A stretch of 64,000 bases of DNA from the NCBI RefSeq assembly GCF_009914755.1, contig NC_060930.1. One strand, written 5' to 3'. The translations under genes were made by a program, and so were the position numbers. This document shows, in pieces, positions 36,639 to 55,747 of the stretch. This stretch comes from the human T2T-CHM13v2.0 reference genome, Homo sapiens. Every line of letters starts with the position of its first letter. The first letter of the stretch is position 1. The notes beneath the pieces were generated by a model. The model ran no database searches. It was not told the origin of the DNA and saw only the letters and a list, made by a program, of their open reading frames with translations.

Positions 36639-39317
36639 AGGGGTTGAGTTCTTGATTTGATTCTCTGCTTGGTCGGTGTTGGTGTGTAGAATTTCTTTCT
36701 TCTACTTGTTCAATTCTATTACTGAGACTTTTCAGAGCATTTTGCATTTCTAAAAGTGTGTCAAAAGTTTCCTGAATTTTTTATTTTTTTTTCTTTAAGC
36801 TATCTATTTCCTTGAATATTTCTACCTTCACTTCTTGCATCGTTTTTTGGATTCCTTGCATTGGGCTTTGCCTTTCTCTGGTGCCTCTCTGATTAGCTTA
36901 ATAACTAACCTCCTGAATTCTTTCTCAGGTAAATCAAGGATTTCTTCTTGGTTTGGCTCCATTGCTGGTGAACTAGTGTGATTTTTTTGGGGGGTGTTAA
37001 AGAGTCTTGTTTTGTCATATTACCAGGGTTGTTTTTCTGGTTCCTTCTCATTTGGGTAGGCCCTGTCAGAGGGAAGGTCTAGGGCTGAAGGCTGTTGTTC
37101 AGATACTTTTGTCCCATGGGGTGTTCCCTTGATGTAGTATTCTCCCCCTTTTCCTAGGGATGTGGCTGCCTGTGAGCTGAACTGCAGTGATTGTTGTCTC
37201 TCTTCTGGGTCTAGCCACCCAGCGAGTCTACCCGGCTGTGGGCTGGTGCTGGGGGTTGTCTGCACAGAGTCCTGTGATGTGAACCATCTATGGGTCTCTC
37301 AGCTGTGGATACCAGCACTTGTTCTGGTGGAGATGGTTGTGGGGGCGGGGGGTGGCGGGGTGGCAATGGACTGCGTGAGGGCTCTTAGCTTTGGTGGTTT
37401 AATGCTCTATTTTTGTGCTTATTGGCCTCCTGCCAGGAGGTGGCACTTTCCAGAGACCCTCAGCTGTAGTAGTATGGAGAGGGATGAGCCATGGGCAGAG
37501 CCCTAGAACTCCCAAGATTATATGCCCTTTGTCTTCCACTACCAGGGAGGGTAGAGAAGGACCATCAGATTGGGGCAGGGTTACGCATGTCTGAGCTCAG
37601 GCTCTCCTTGGGCTGGTCTTGCTGCGGCTGCTGTGGGGAATAGGGATGAGACTCTCAGGTCACTAAAGTTGTATACCTACTGATTATGGGTGCCTCTGCT
37701 GACTCATGCTGGTTGTCAGGGAAGTGGAAGAAAGCCAGCAGTTACAGGACTCACTCAGCACTCACACAAACTGAAGGGCCCGGTCTCACTCCTACCGTGC
37801 CCCCCACAACAGCCCTGAGTCTGTTTCCAGGTGGTGGGCGAGAGGGGTTTGAAAATTTGCCCCAGGCTATCCGCCTCCCAGCTGGGCAAGAAAAGGGCGT
37901 GGTTGTTCCCCCACTGAGGAGTCTGCACACCGGATTTGCATCTTCCCCTGAGTTCTGGCCTGGAGGCTTCTCGCCCCTGCAAATTGTTACAAAGTTCAGC
38001 TAGAGGGTTCCTTCTTCCTGTGGAGTTTTACCTTCTGCTCCTCTGGCCACCCTCCTGATGGATCCCTGTGGTGCCAGGCAGGAATGACCTGCTTAAGGAC
38101 CCAGCGAGCTCCCAGGACCTTTCTGCTGCTTCCTCTACCCGTATATTTTGCTTGGTTCTCTACATTGACTCAGCTCCAGGTAAGGTTGGAAATTTCTCCC
38201 ACAAACAGCCCTTCAGTTTCTCCAGTGGGGGTGTGTGTTGTCTCGGGAGAGGAGGGTCTCTCTGTTTCTCACTTCCACAGTTGGGGCATTCACAGTATTT
38301 GGGGTGTCCCCTGGGTCCTGCAGGAGCAGCCCACTTCCCTCAAAGGGTCTGTGGGTCCTCCCAGGATTGCCGGTTTGTTCCTGCAGTCGATCGGGAGCTA
38401 AAATTCACAACGGGAGCCTCTGCACACCGCTCTGTCCGGAGCTGCAATCTAGTCCTGCCTCCTGTCTGCCATAATAGATCCTCCATTTGATCATTTTTTC
38501 TCCAAGCACAAGAAGCTTCAAACATCTAAGACTATTCGAGCTTATTGTGCTGGTTACCTAGTTCTATAAAGGATTATGAGTTGCCCAGTTATCATTTTCC
38601 TAAATGTCTATCAATAAATGGAGGCCGAGAAAGAGTTCTTTTGGGGCAGAAAGAATGCTATAGCCACATGTAAATATCCAAGAAACCATGGAAGCTGCAA
38701 TGCACATTCTAGTTTTAATATAAATAATTAAAAAACCTTAGAAACACAAGCAGAGAAGTGGGGGTATTTATCTATTTAACGATCTTTCTGAATTAAACTT
38801 CCTCTCCTTTATCCACCAAAATATCTGTAAATATTGCAAGGTTCTGTATGATAAAAGACATGGTGCAGTCTTTTGAATGAACTCTCAATAAGGAATGTAA
38901 TTAGAGTCATGTTGTCTGATAGCAGTGATGCTCTGAGTCAATCATCCATGGCATCTTAGCGATTTCATTGATAATAGAATTCATAGAATACATTCTTAAA
39001 ACTAGAGACTGAACATACAGTCACAAAAAAAAGGGTAACTGAGGAAAAAGAAATCAATTCAAAAAATAAGATTTTATTAAATAATGGGAGAATAAATGAT
39101 TATGGATTTATGTAAATCCTTAAGCCATCTTGATCTAAAACCATTATCATGTAGTTATCTAAGACTTAAAACTTGATCAAGGAAAGATATAAATTTTTTT
39201 GTTAAACAATGGATACAAAATTGATAGAAACAATTATTTGGGATTTCGAGGATATGTGTGTGTGTGTATATGCATGTGCAAATGTATTCAATAGAGTATT
39301 TTTAAAGCAAGACTTCC

Positions 39318-40081
<764 letters not shown>

Positions 40082-41839
40082 CTATTTTCATTCTAATTTA
40101 TCAATCCTACTGAAAAGCTTAGACTAAGGTTTAGTTTCTTAATATAATTTTCATTTTTATTATTTAATCCAATGTAAATTTTTATTAGACTACTCAATTT
40201 TAATACCAATTTCTCTGCATTTTCTAATGAGTTTCATCACTGTGGGGCACTGTATATTGCTATCAGATTGGTAGGGGGAGTGCATATTAGTTATCAGACT
40301 TCCCATAAATAATGCATATTCACTTAGGCAGTTTGGGTCAATACTGAAAGTTATTTCTTAAGGAAAGTAGAAATTGTCAAGTTAAAGAATAGGAGAAAGC
40401 AAATTGAAAAGAGAAAGGTGCTGAATTGTTGATCCTCCAGAGAGTAAGAATGTGTGATGAGTGCTGGAACACTCTGGGTAAATTTTTCTATTATGCTTTT
40501 GATGTTTAAATACTGAGCTTCATATTCAAAAGCTAGTTAATTGAAGAGGTTTTCCTGAAAGCTGTAGTAGAAAGACTCATGACCAAGCTACCTAATAACT
40601 TAATTATCTGGGTTTTATTTTATCATAATACCTAAATCAAAGAGAGGTTTCAAAAGAAATGGGAAATTTCCATGTTGGTTAGAGTTGAATGTGGCTGATT
40701 TCTCATTTACTATTAATGAAATAGAAGTTAGTTTAACTGGCAGGAAATTAATCAATATAAAGCTAAAATCATTACAGTTGTATGTTTTATTACGTATAGT
40801 AATTATACCTCTAGTAATATGCATTTTCTTACTTAACTCAAGGTAATAATTTAAAATATTATTAGGTATTAGATACATAGACATTCAGTATGTTGTTCAT
40901 TATGGGAAAAAAACAATATAAATGTCTAAAATTATACTGTTTTGGAAAAATATTTAACAACCCATAAAATGATCATAAAAATGATATTAAATTTAAAAGG
41001 ATAATAAAAATTAGTATATACCCTATGAATTCATTTTGTAAAATATCATTAAAAAATAATAAAACTATGCATATATAATACATTAACAATGCTTACCTCT
41101 CCATATAAGGATTATAAGTGTTTATAAATATTTTCTTCTATTGCTTATGTTTCTTTTGTGAGTGTCCTAAAATTAACATATTGCTTTTGCATGAGGAAAT
41201 GAAATGAATAAATTTTAAAAATATTTAATAAAATTTATTTTTCCATACAATTTATTTTTATTTTATTTAAATCAAATTTATTTTTCAATTCTTATATATT
41301 TACAGAACAAGTTAGCAGAAAGTACATAAAGTTTAGTATATCTACCCCACACCCATCCCAGACACACAGATTTTCCTATAATTAACATCTTGCTTTTATT
41401 TGGTACATTTCTTACAATTAATGAGCCAATACTGGTAAGTTTTTCAGAACTATCATTTATACTTTTGAATTTTAATAAAGTCAAATTTATCAATTTTTTT
41501 TCTTTAATCACACTGTTAGTGTTATATCTAAAAGCTCATTGACAAACCTAATGTCATCTAGGTTTTTTCCAATGCTGTATTCTAAAATTTTTATAGTTTT
41601 GTGTTTTGCACTTAGATTTATTTTATATTAATTTTTGTGCAATGTGTAAGGCTATGTCTAGATTCATATTTTTGCAAATAGATATCAAGTTGTTCCAGCA
41701 CCATTTGTTGAAAATATTATTCTTTCTCCATTAAATTGCCTTTGTTTTTTTGAAATAGATAAGTTGGCAATATTTGTGTTGCTCTCTATTCTGCTCTACT
41801 TATCAATTTGTCTATTACTTCCCCAATACATACTATCTT

Positions 41840-45159
<3,320 letters not shown>

Positions 45160-45817
45160 TAGTGTCATCCTTCTGACTTTGTTCTTCAATATTGTGTTGA
45201 TTACACTGGGTCTTTTGTCTTTCCTTAGAAACTTTAAAATCAATTTGTTGACATCCACAAAATAACTTGCTGGGATTTTGATGGGGATTATTATTGAATT
45301 TATAGATCAATTTGAGGAAAATTGGTATATTAAACATTTTTATGTCTTTCTATTCATGAATATAGAATATCTGTCCAATTTTAAAGATCTTTGATTATTT
45401 TAATCAAAATTTTGTAGATTTTCTCTAATACGTATAGTATCCTCTATATATATTTTGTGTCTCCCTTTTTTGGTGTTAATACAAATGGTGTGTTTAAAAT
45501 TTTAAATTCCAATTGTCCATTGTTACTATATAAGAGAGCAATTGACTTTTGCATACTGACTTTGTACCTTCAGTCTTGCTAAAATCATCTACTAGTTAAA
45601 AGATTTTTATGAAGAGGGCTAATTCATTGATATTTTCTACATAAACAATGATGTCATCTGTGAACAAAGACTATGCAAGTCCAAGAACATTTTCAAAAAA
45701 ACTATACTGCTTCAAAGATAGTACACATATAAATCAACAGAATACTTTAAATTCTTCCCTCAATTCTTATAACATTGTTGCCATTTTTTTACTTATCCAT
45801 ATGCTGTGGATGTGTGA

Positions 45818-45858
<41 letters not shown>

Positions 45859-47957
45859 AAATTGTTATTACTGTGAACAGATATCGGTTATATCAGATAG
45901 AAATAAGAAAAATAAAAGATTTATTTGCCTTTTTATGATTTCTTTTCTGGACTTCCTTCTTTAAGAAGATCCAAGTTTTTGACCTATATTATTTTTCTTC
46001 TCTCTGAAGAACTTCTTTTACCATTTTTGGCAAGACTGAGCTAATGGCTGCAATTACACTCAGTTTTTGTTTGAGAAAGTCTTTATTCTTCACCTTCAAA
46101 GTATAAATTTATTGGGTACAGAATCCTAATTTGCCAGTGTTTTGTTTTTTATTTTCTTTGAACACTTTAAATATTTGCCTTCATTTTTTTTCTTGCTTGC
46201 ATGTTTCTGAAGATAAGTCCAATATAACAATTTTCTTTATTTTCCTATAGGTAAGGTGTTTTTTGCTGTTGTTCTTGTTTTCTTTTGTTTTTCCTTCTGG
46301 CTTCTTTCACAATTTTCTCTTTGCCTTTGATTTTTCTATAGTTTGAATATGATATGCTATAATATATATCTTTTAATTTTTTTCTGCTTGGCATTCTCTG
46401 AGCTTCCTGCATTTGTGGTTCTATTTCTGACCTTAATTTTGGAAAATACTCAGCCATTATTATTTCAAGTATTTACTACTTTCTCTCTTTTTCCTCCTTC
46501 CAGTATTTCCATTATATGTATGTTATACCTTTTGTAATTGTCCTACAGTACTTGGATATTCTATCCCATTTTTAATTTTCCTTTTTTTTTTTTTAATTTG
46601 GCTAAGTTTCTGTTAACATATTGGCTGTGTCCAGCCTACTGATGATCTATCAAGGGCATTCTTAATTTCTGTGACAGTGTTTATGATTTTCAACATTTCC
46701 TTTTCATGCTGTTAGAGATTCCATTTCTCTGCTTACATTACTTACATATTCTTGCACGTTATCTGCTTTTACCATTTGATTCCTTAGCATATTCATCAGA
46801 GTTACTTTACATTTAGAGTGATAATTTCAAAATATTCACTGGTTTGGGTGTTTGCTTTGTCTCTTTAGTTCATTTTTTCTTTCCTTTTAGCATGCCTTGT
46901 AATTTTTTGTTGTAAACTATAAATAATGTATTGGTTAATAGGAACTAAGGTATGTAGGTCTTTAGTGTGAGATTTTATGTTTGTTTGCCTAAGAGCTCAT
47001 CTGTGTTTACTGTTTTCTGTAGCTGTAGTTGTCATAGGCTTCAATGGCCTCTGTTGTCGTTTTTGTCTCTTTGCTGTTTTTGGATTTCCCTAGAATCTCC
47101 TTCTTAAATAGAGTCTGAGGCTTGCAGTTCTTTCAGTAATCCACTGTTACTATACTGGAGCTCTGTGGTGAACAAGGGTAGGAAAGGTGAAGCAGTGTAT
47201 AACCTTATGATTAAGTCTCAGTCTTTTCAGTCTTATAATGGATTTGTGCTCCTTGGCTGTGACCTTCACAAGTACTTCTTGCCTGCTTTTCCCATTTATG
47301 AGAGGCAGCAAGGCTAGAGGGGGTGCATTTGGGTAATTTATTTCAATGCTCTGGTGTAGTTATTTCCGTTGCTAGGTAGGCTTCTGTTGTGGGGAATGCT
47401 CTGGATTATTTTAAATGGTTACTTTTCCTCAGGGTATTTCAGAATGGTTACTTTTTTCATCCCACTGGCTAAACAGTTTTTAAATCTTTACCTTGAGCAG
47501 TTTGTGGGGCTCCTGAAAGTAAAATTCACAAAAGTGTGGGGCCCCGGGGGATTGGCCCTCAAAGTCTTCTCACTGTCAAGTAGTCTGAAGTAAGTGTGCA
47601 AGAACTGGTCAAAGTTAAGCATTCTTATGAATTACTGGCTCCAGAGGCTTCATCTTCAGGGAAGCCAAACTATATTCTCTGTATTTGCCTGTTTCTCTAG
47701 TATTTAAGGTTGGTTTTTAAGGTTAGTGGTTTGTCCAGCTCAATTCTCATGGATCTAAGTCATTCATTTTCAGTTTAGTTTTTTGGTTGTTTGTTGGGTG
47801 AAGGTGGATGGGAATGACTTTTAAGTCCTACGTTCATCATAGTAGAAATCAGAATGTGAAAGCTCCAAAAGTTATTTTTTAAGTGGAACTTTAAAATGAC
47901 CCCAAATCACTTATTGTTAGTATTTATTGATATAAAGCCTCTACTACTAGGAAATTC

Positions 47958-48475
47958 TGAGTAGTGTTCAAGAGTAATAGGCTTGGAAGTCTAATTTCAA
48001 TTCAACCACTTACTGATTGTGTCAACTTGGCAGACTGGCTTTATTCCTGTGCTTTATTTTACTTATGAATAAGAGAGAGACACTGGTAGTATCAACCATA
48101 GTGTTCTTGTGAAATTTAAATGAAGGTGACACAGAACAAAATCTCAGAACAATGTAAGTTTTTGGTAATAAGAGCTGTAATTATTATTTTCACAAGCAAT
48201 TATTGTATACTACAGGAACTAAAGAAATGATTGTGTAGCATTCATCAGTGATATGGGATTCAAATTTATTTACACCTGATCTGGATTCCTAGCTTCAGTG
48301 TAACCTCGAGTATTTTAATCAACTGCTTGATCTCAGCTACTTTCTTTGTAAAGTAGTACTGATAATTTTTAACCTGATGTTGGTCATGAAGACAAATACA
48401 TTACGTATGTAGAGTTAGTTCAGCACAATGCCTGAAACTCAGCACTCAGAAAGTGCTGCTAATCCTTATCAGTAG
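47958..48475 (+). mobile_element. Two tandem diverged MIRs (about 47958-48190 and 48230-48475)
   Basis: ccacttactgattgtgtcaacttggcag...ttgtgaaatttaaatga; acctgatctggattcctagct...agcacaatgcctga. Confidence 0.6.
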
Positions 48476-49099
48476 CAAATAGTAACTAGGTTTGACCTAC
48501 ATTTTGACGTAGCTTTGTTTAGAGTCTCCTTTGTGTTATGTCGAAGTTGATAAACAGCTGGAAGAGGCCACAAGAATGTCTTAACTTGTTCATACCTTTT
48601 TCCCTATATCATTTGGGATTGGCCAATACAGTGATCAGTGACAGAAAATCTGTCTAAATTATTCTTGTAAAACATTGATTCATAAACTCAGCACATACTT
48701 AGTGAGTTTGTATTCTACAAATGTTAAAGGGTTTGCAATTTACAAATTGATGGTTTTTTTCCCTTAAAAAGCAATTAATTATTTTATATATTTGAAGAAG
48801 CAAATTTTTGTCTATCCTCAAAATTTGGTAAACTGTAGTTAAAAATGCAAGTTCCTTTTTTACTTAATTATCTTAATATTTCTATCAAATAAATTTTGAT
48901 GAGAAACTTCAGGGAGATTGATGTATTTGGGGGTAAACAATGAATGGTGAAAATCAAGATGTTTTGTGCAGATCCAGTGTTTTCCAATGTCCCTCTTGGT
49001 TAAGTAGATACCTGTAGTCAAAATGCTTGTGCTTTGTGGCCACACATCAGTGAATAATAATTGTCATCCAATTCACAAAGAAATACAATTATATATTTA

Positions 49100-49890
49100 A
49101 AAATATTGTAAAAATGCAGAACATAATAAAATGTACCATATTAACCATTTCTAAGTGTACAGCTCATTAGTGTTAAGTGTGGACCCATTGTTGTACAACC
49201 AATCTCCAGAACTTTTTCATTTGTAAAACTGACACTCTGTACTTATTAAATAATAACTTCCCATTTCCCTCTCTCACAGCCCCTGGAAACCATTCTACTC
49301 TCTGTCTCTATGAATTCAACTACTCTAGGTATCTCATATGAATGGAATTATACAGTATTTATATTTTTCTAACTGGCTTATTATGTTATAGCATGTTTCA
49401 GAATTTATTTCTTCTTTTAGGCGGAATAATATTCTATTGTGAGTATACACTGCATTTTGTTTATCCATTTGTCCATTGATGGACACTGAGGTTGCTTTCA
49501 CTCTTGGCTATTGTGAATAGTGCTACTGAATAGTGCTGCTATGGGCATGAATGTACAGATATCTCACTGAGATCCTTCTTTTAATTCTTTTGGACATATA
49601 CCCAGAAGTGGAATGTCTGGAGTATATAACTGTTCTATTTTTAAGTTTTTTGAAGAACTGCCAAATTGTTTTCCATAGTATCTGCATCATTTCACATTCC
49701 CACCAAGTCTCCAAGTATTCCAATTTCTCCACGTTCACACCAACACTTGTTATTTTCTGTTTTTTTTTTTTTAATGGATATGAGATAATATCTCAATGTG
49801 TTTTTTTACTTGCATTTCCCTAATGGTTAGGGATGTTAAGAATCTTTTTACATGCTTGTTGGCCATTTGTATATTATCTTTGGAGACATA
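49100..49890 (-). mobile_element. L1MB (MB2/3-like) 3' end
   Basis: caaccaatctccagaactttttcat...ccattctactctctgtctctatgaatt; ORF 49523-49738 is degenerate ORF2 C-terminus. Confidence 0.85.
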
Positions 49891-50809
49891 GAATTATACC
49901 TTATAGAAAAAGGTAAAGAAAATATAGTTTTGTGAACCACCTTTTTAAATAAAATGTGTGTTTTCATGGCCATTTATCTGCAAACTAATATATTTCTTAT
50001 ATTTTTAACATATCAGTCCCTCCCCATAGGTTTCTTTTAAGGGTGAATCAAGTTTCTACCATAATCTAGCACTTCCATCTTTTCCTGCTTCTCAATAATT
50101 TTTTTTACATTTAAAGTAGCCAATTAGCACTTCTTCCCATGATTTATGAGAATTAAAAAGATTGTTTAAAGCAAAAATAAAAAGAAAAAGAAATTGAACA
50201 ACATAGAAACTCCTAATGATATTTTTTGGCTAGCATTTTGTTCACTTGTGCCCAATATATGAGTAGTAGAAAGAGCAACAATCACCTTTAAAAAGTCAAT
50301 CTGGTTATTATATCCTAAATCCCTACCAGTACCTAAAAACTGCCTACTATAAAATGTCTACCAGTACCCAAGATGAGCAAGCCTGCCTTTTACTGCATTG
50401 CAAATATTTGTATTATATACACTCGTGGATTTTCTCACTATCCTACTTACTCTTAAACTTATGTGCACAGTACTAATCTAGCCATGTGATTCTCTGGGTA
50501 CAATTCAAAATTTTGCCTCCTAAGACCCTTAGGTAGATTTTATTCTTTGGTTATTTTTCTTTTGGCATTTTAATGATATATTTTTTAGAAGAAACTTGGC
50601 ATACTATATAAATTAAATTTATTTGAAAGACTTGAAGGAAATAAAGGCCCATAACCTCAAATTGTTCATAAAATTAAGCTTGAAAATGACCTGTGAGATA
50701 AACAAAAACACATTGATTTTATTCCAGTATCCCATGTCTTCCACTCTTGCACCATTGCCTCTCTCTTATCTCACATCTATGTTTGTATAGGGATTCTAAA
50801 TAATTAACT

Positions 50810-52849
<2,040 letters not shown>

Positions 52850-52850
<1 letters not shown>

Positions 52851-53090
52851 GTTGTCTATGGACATATGTCATCCAGATTCCCTTTCAGGAAAAACTTGAT
52901 GCACAGCTATGAGAAGTGAGGTCAACAGGCAGCCTCAACTTTAGACAGGGTTGGCTGCAACTCCAGAGAGCTGCTTCATTTAAGGTCATGCACTTTCCAG
53001 GACAGCCCACTTGTGGAGATCAAGCAAGATAAGGGTATAAAAGCCCAGCTATTTTGGTCTTAATGGGATCCCGCGTACTATTGCCTCAGA
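52850..53090 (+). mobile_element. LTR16-like partial 3' LTR
   Basis: ccagattccctttcagg...aaggtcatgcac...cagcccac...gggtataaaagccc follows directly after the ERVL internal region. Confidence 0.65.
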
Positions 53091-53094
53091 CTAA

Positions 53095-54320
53095 GATGAA
53101 TAAGGTGTGACAATGGACACATGGCCAGAGCAATCATTTGTTCTGCCATATGCAACATCACCCGGAGTAGCCAGTTAATAAGTTCTGGAAATGGATAATG
53201 GGGATAGTTGCGCAACATTGTGAATGCACTTAATACCACCAAACTGTACAATTAAATTGGTTATAAAGGAAAGTTTTATGTTATGTATATTTTACCACAA
53301 TGTTACAAATCAAAGACTTAAGTTGGTATAAGTATGTATAAGTTGGTATAAGTATGGTATAAGGATCTTAAGTTTCTTTTAGAATATAGAATCGAATTCA
53401 GAATATAGATAGCCATTTAAAATTCAGCTATGGTGACAGGTAGGAGAAAACTTTTTGCAGAACTGGGGTAGTATGTTCACATGCACAGTATGTGAAACTG
53501 AACTATTTGTGTAACTGGACCTTTATGGCAGTGTATCCCCAACAGCTAAAATACATGAGCCTGAGAACTCAGGAATTGAAGTATGATTAACCTCACTCAC
53601 CATCACTCATGTTGACTCATTTGTGTAATCTGTGCTTCCCATTTGTGCAACTTATGGGAACCAAGAAATCTGATACAATCAAAACCTTATGTAATGATCC
53701 CTTAAATAACCAACAACAACCAAGAAATCTTGCCTCTTGGTAGTAGGAGTGGGAGTGGAAGACAGAAAATTTCTGCAAGGGGATGAAATAAAAATACTAG
53801 TGAAATTGAGGAAACTAGGAACTACCTGCTTATTTGGGGCTTCTTATTCTGGTGTACTAACAGGCAAGTAAAGAATTTTATACATTAGTGATTATCTGAT
53901 CACCCTGATAACCCTTAGTAGGTAGAGATACATTAAGGGACCAAGGGATTCTTGATGGTTGCATGCCTGATAATAACTGGAAACTGATATTTGCAATAAC
54001 CATAGGCTAACAGGTAAAACTGAACTGAATGTTCCAACCACAAAATCAACCAAAGCCAAAGTACTGATTGGAGGTGGGTAAAAAGTAGACTGAGGGGCAC
54101 AGGAGAGAAATGATATTAATTATGACACAGGCCTGGCAGTAGCAGAGGAAACTGTATTTTACTCCCCCAACATTCTTCCATTGTGACTTGTGGAGATCAA
54201 GCATGCCAGCATCCTAAAGAGTCTATAATGAACTGGATATGCATAGATGATGAGGGAGAAGGCAGAGTTGGAGTGTATTATAAACCTCTTGTGCCCCACC
54301 TCAAAGCTCTGTTCTCAGCT
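53095..54320 (+). mobile_element. Second ERVL-class internal remnant (integrase to 3' end) ending in an LTR33-like start
   Basis: caatggacacatggcc...catcacccggagtagcc (integrase HHPEAA-like); 53490-53650 parallels 52095-52255; cctcttgtgccccacctca near 54285. Confidence 0.55.
53181..53301 (+). mobile_element. L1MB 3' tip
   Basis: agttctggaaatggat...caacattgtgaatgcacttaat...tatgttatgtatattttaccacaat. Confidence 0.8.
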
Positions 54321-55747
54321 GCTGTTTTTGTTTGTTTTGTTTTGTTTTTGCTTTGCTTTGTTTAGTCATGTGTTATTTTCACAACTGTGGGAAGAAAAAG
54401 TGATAGCACTCCTGAATACAAAATAGAAATTTATGTGATTTCTTATGCAAGATTTTGAATATTTTTGAGTATGAACAGTAAGTTAAGTGTGTGTGTTCAA
54501 AAGTTGTTAGGAAGTGATTTTACTAAAAGAATAAAATAATCTGATAAAATCAAAACCTTATGTAATATTCCCTTATATAGCCAACAACTGATTTTACTTC
54601 TAGAGTACAAAACTTAAGAATGTATATAACAGAATAGAAACTGACTTTGATGTATCTTAAATTGTTCTCTTCATCTATCTCTAACCTTGAAGGGCTGAAC
54701 AATTATACAACTCCAGGGGCAACTTTCAGATTGCATTTGATTTGAGTTTTCTGCCTGGAATTGTGCAATGAGAAAAGCCTCCACCAGCATCTGTTTTGAA
54801 GAATCTGTAGCTATTATCTAGTTTATTTCATTATCTTTCTAGCAAAAGCTGAGCCTTTCAGGACTGTTATAGTCATAGCTTTAAATACATTACAAAACCA
54901 TGATTTAAGGCCTGTTACAAGCCCATATATTAGAGAAGAAAAACCAGTGGGGAAATAATTGGCTCAAGTCCTCCAGTTGAGATCATGGTCAGAGGGTGTA
55001 ATGGTTGCCAGAAACCCTGGAAAAACTTCATATCTACACATCACTCCACCCTTCACCACAAATAAATAAGGCAATACAAGGCTAACATATTTCCACCTTT
55101 TCCAAAATCAAGGCAGTAACAACCACCCTGGGCAGGCCAGATTGTTAAGTTTCATGTCCAAATGCACAATGAAACGGCTTAAGTCATAGGTGAGAGAGAG
55201 CATCCTACAACCCATTTTAACAAGTGATTTTTCATGTGGTATTCTCTATGAACTAGAGTTATTAAATTTAAAAACATCCTGAAGTATAACAGCTAAAATG
55301 CTTAAAAGCATATCTTTGAGGAAACTGGGTGCATCTTTATTTTTATTTGGATCAAAACTGGAGCTAGAACTAGAAATAGTCTTCAATTCCGAGATATTGT
55401 AGAACTTGTTACTGCAATTTATCATGAACATTTGAGTAGACCCTATAAAAATATTGTTATTATAATTAACTTTTGGAAGAGAGGTATAGAGAGGTATAGA
55501 AAATAGAATTATTAAACATTACCATTATTTTAAAATACATTCTCATTATTGGATTATTCTGCCCTGGTTTTATTTAGTTATTTTATTTGTAATAATCAAC
55601 ACCCATGAACACATCACTCAACGGAAAAGCTAAAATCTCAACAATGAAATACAGCTGACCATTAGGTCTTCCTGCAGTGCATACACTTCAATCTCTGTAG
55701 TGGGATAAACATCCTCCAAAATGGTTTTTTATTCTTTTCTTGCTTTC

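Noticed and set aside
37020-38525. GC-richer ORF cluster suggesting a CpG island or gene
   Set aside because: Lies within the L1PB 5' UTR and ORF1 start; CpGs are largely decayed.
53319-53363. Short tandem duplication taagttggtataagtatg x2 (similar small ones near 14953, 49513, 55479)
   Set aside because: Ordinary slippage duplications with no sign of function.
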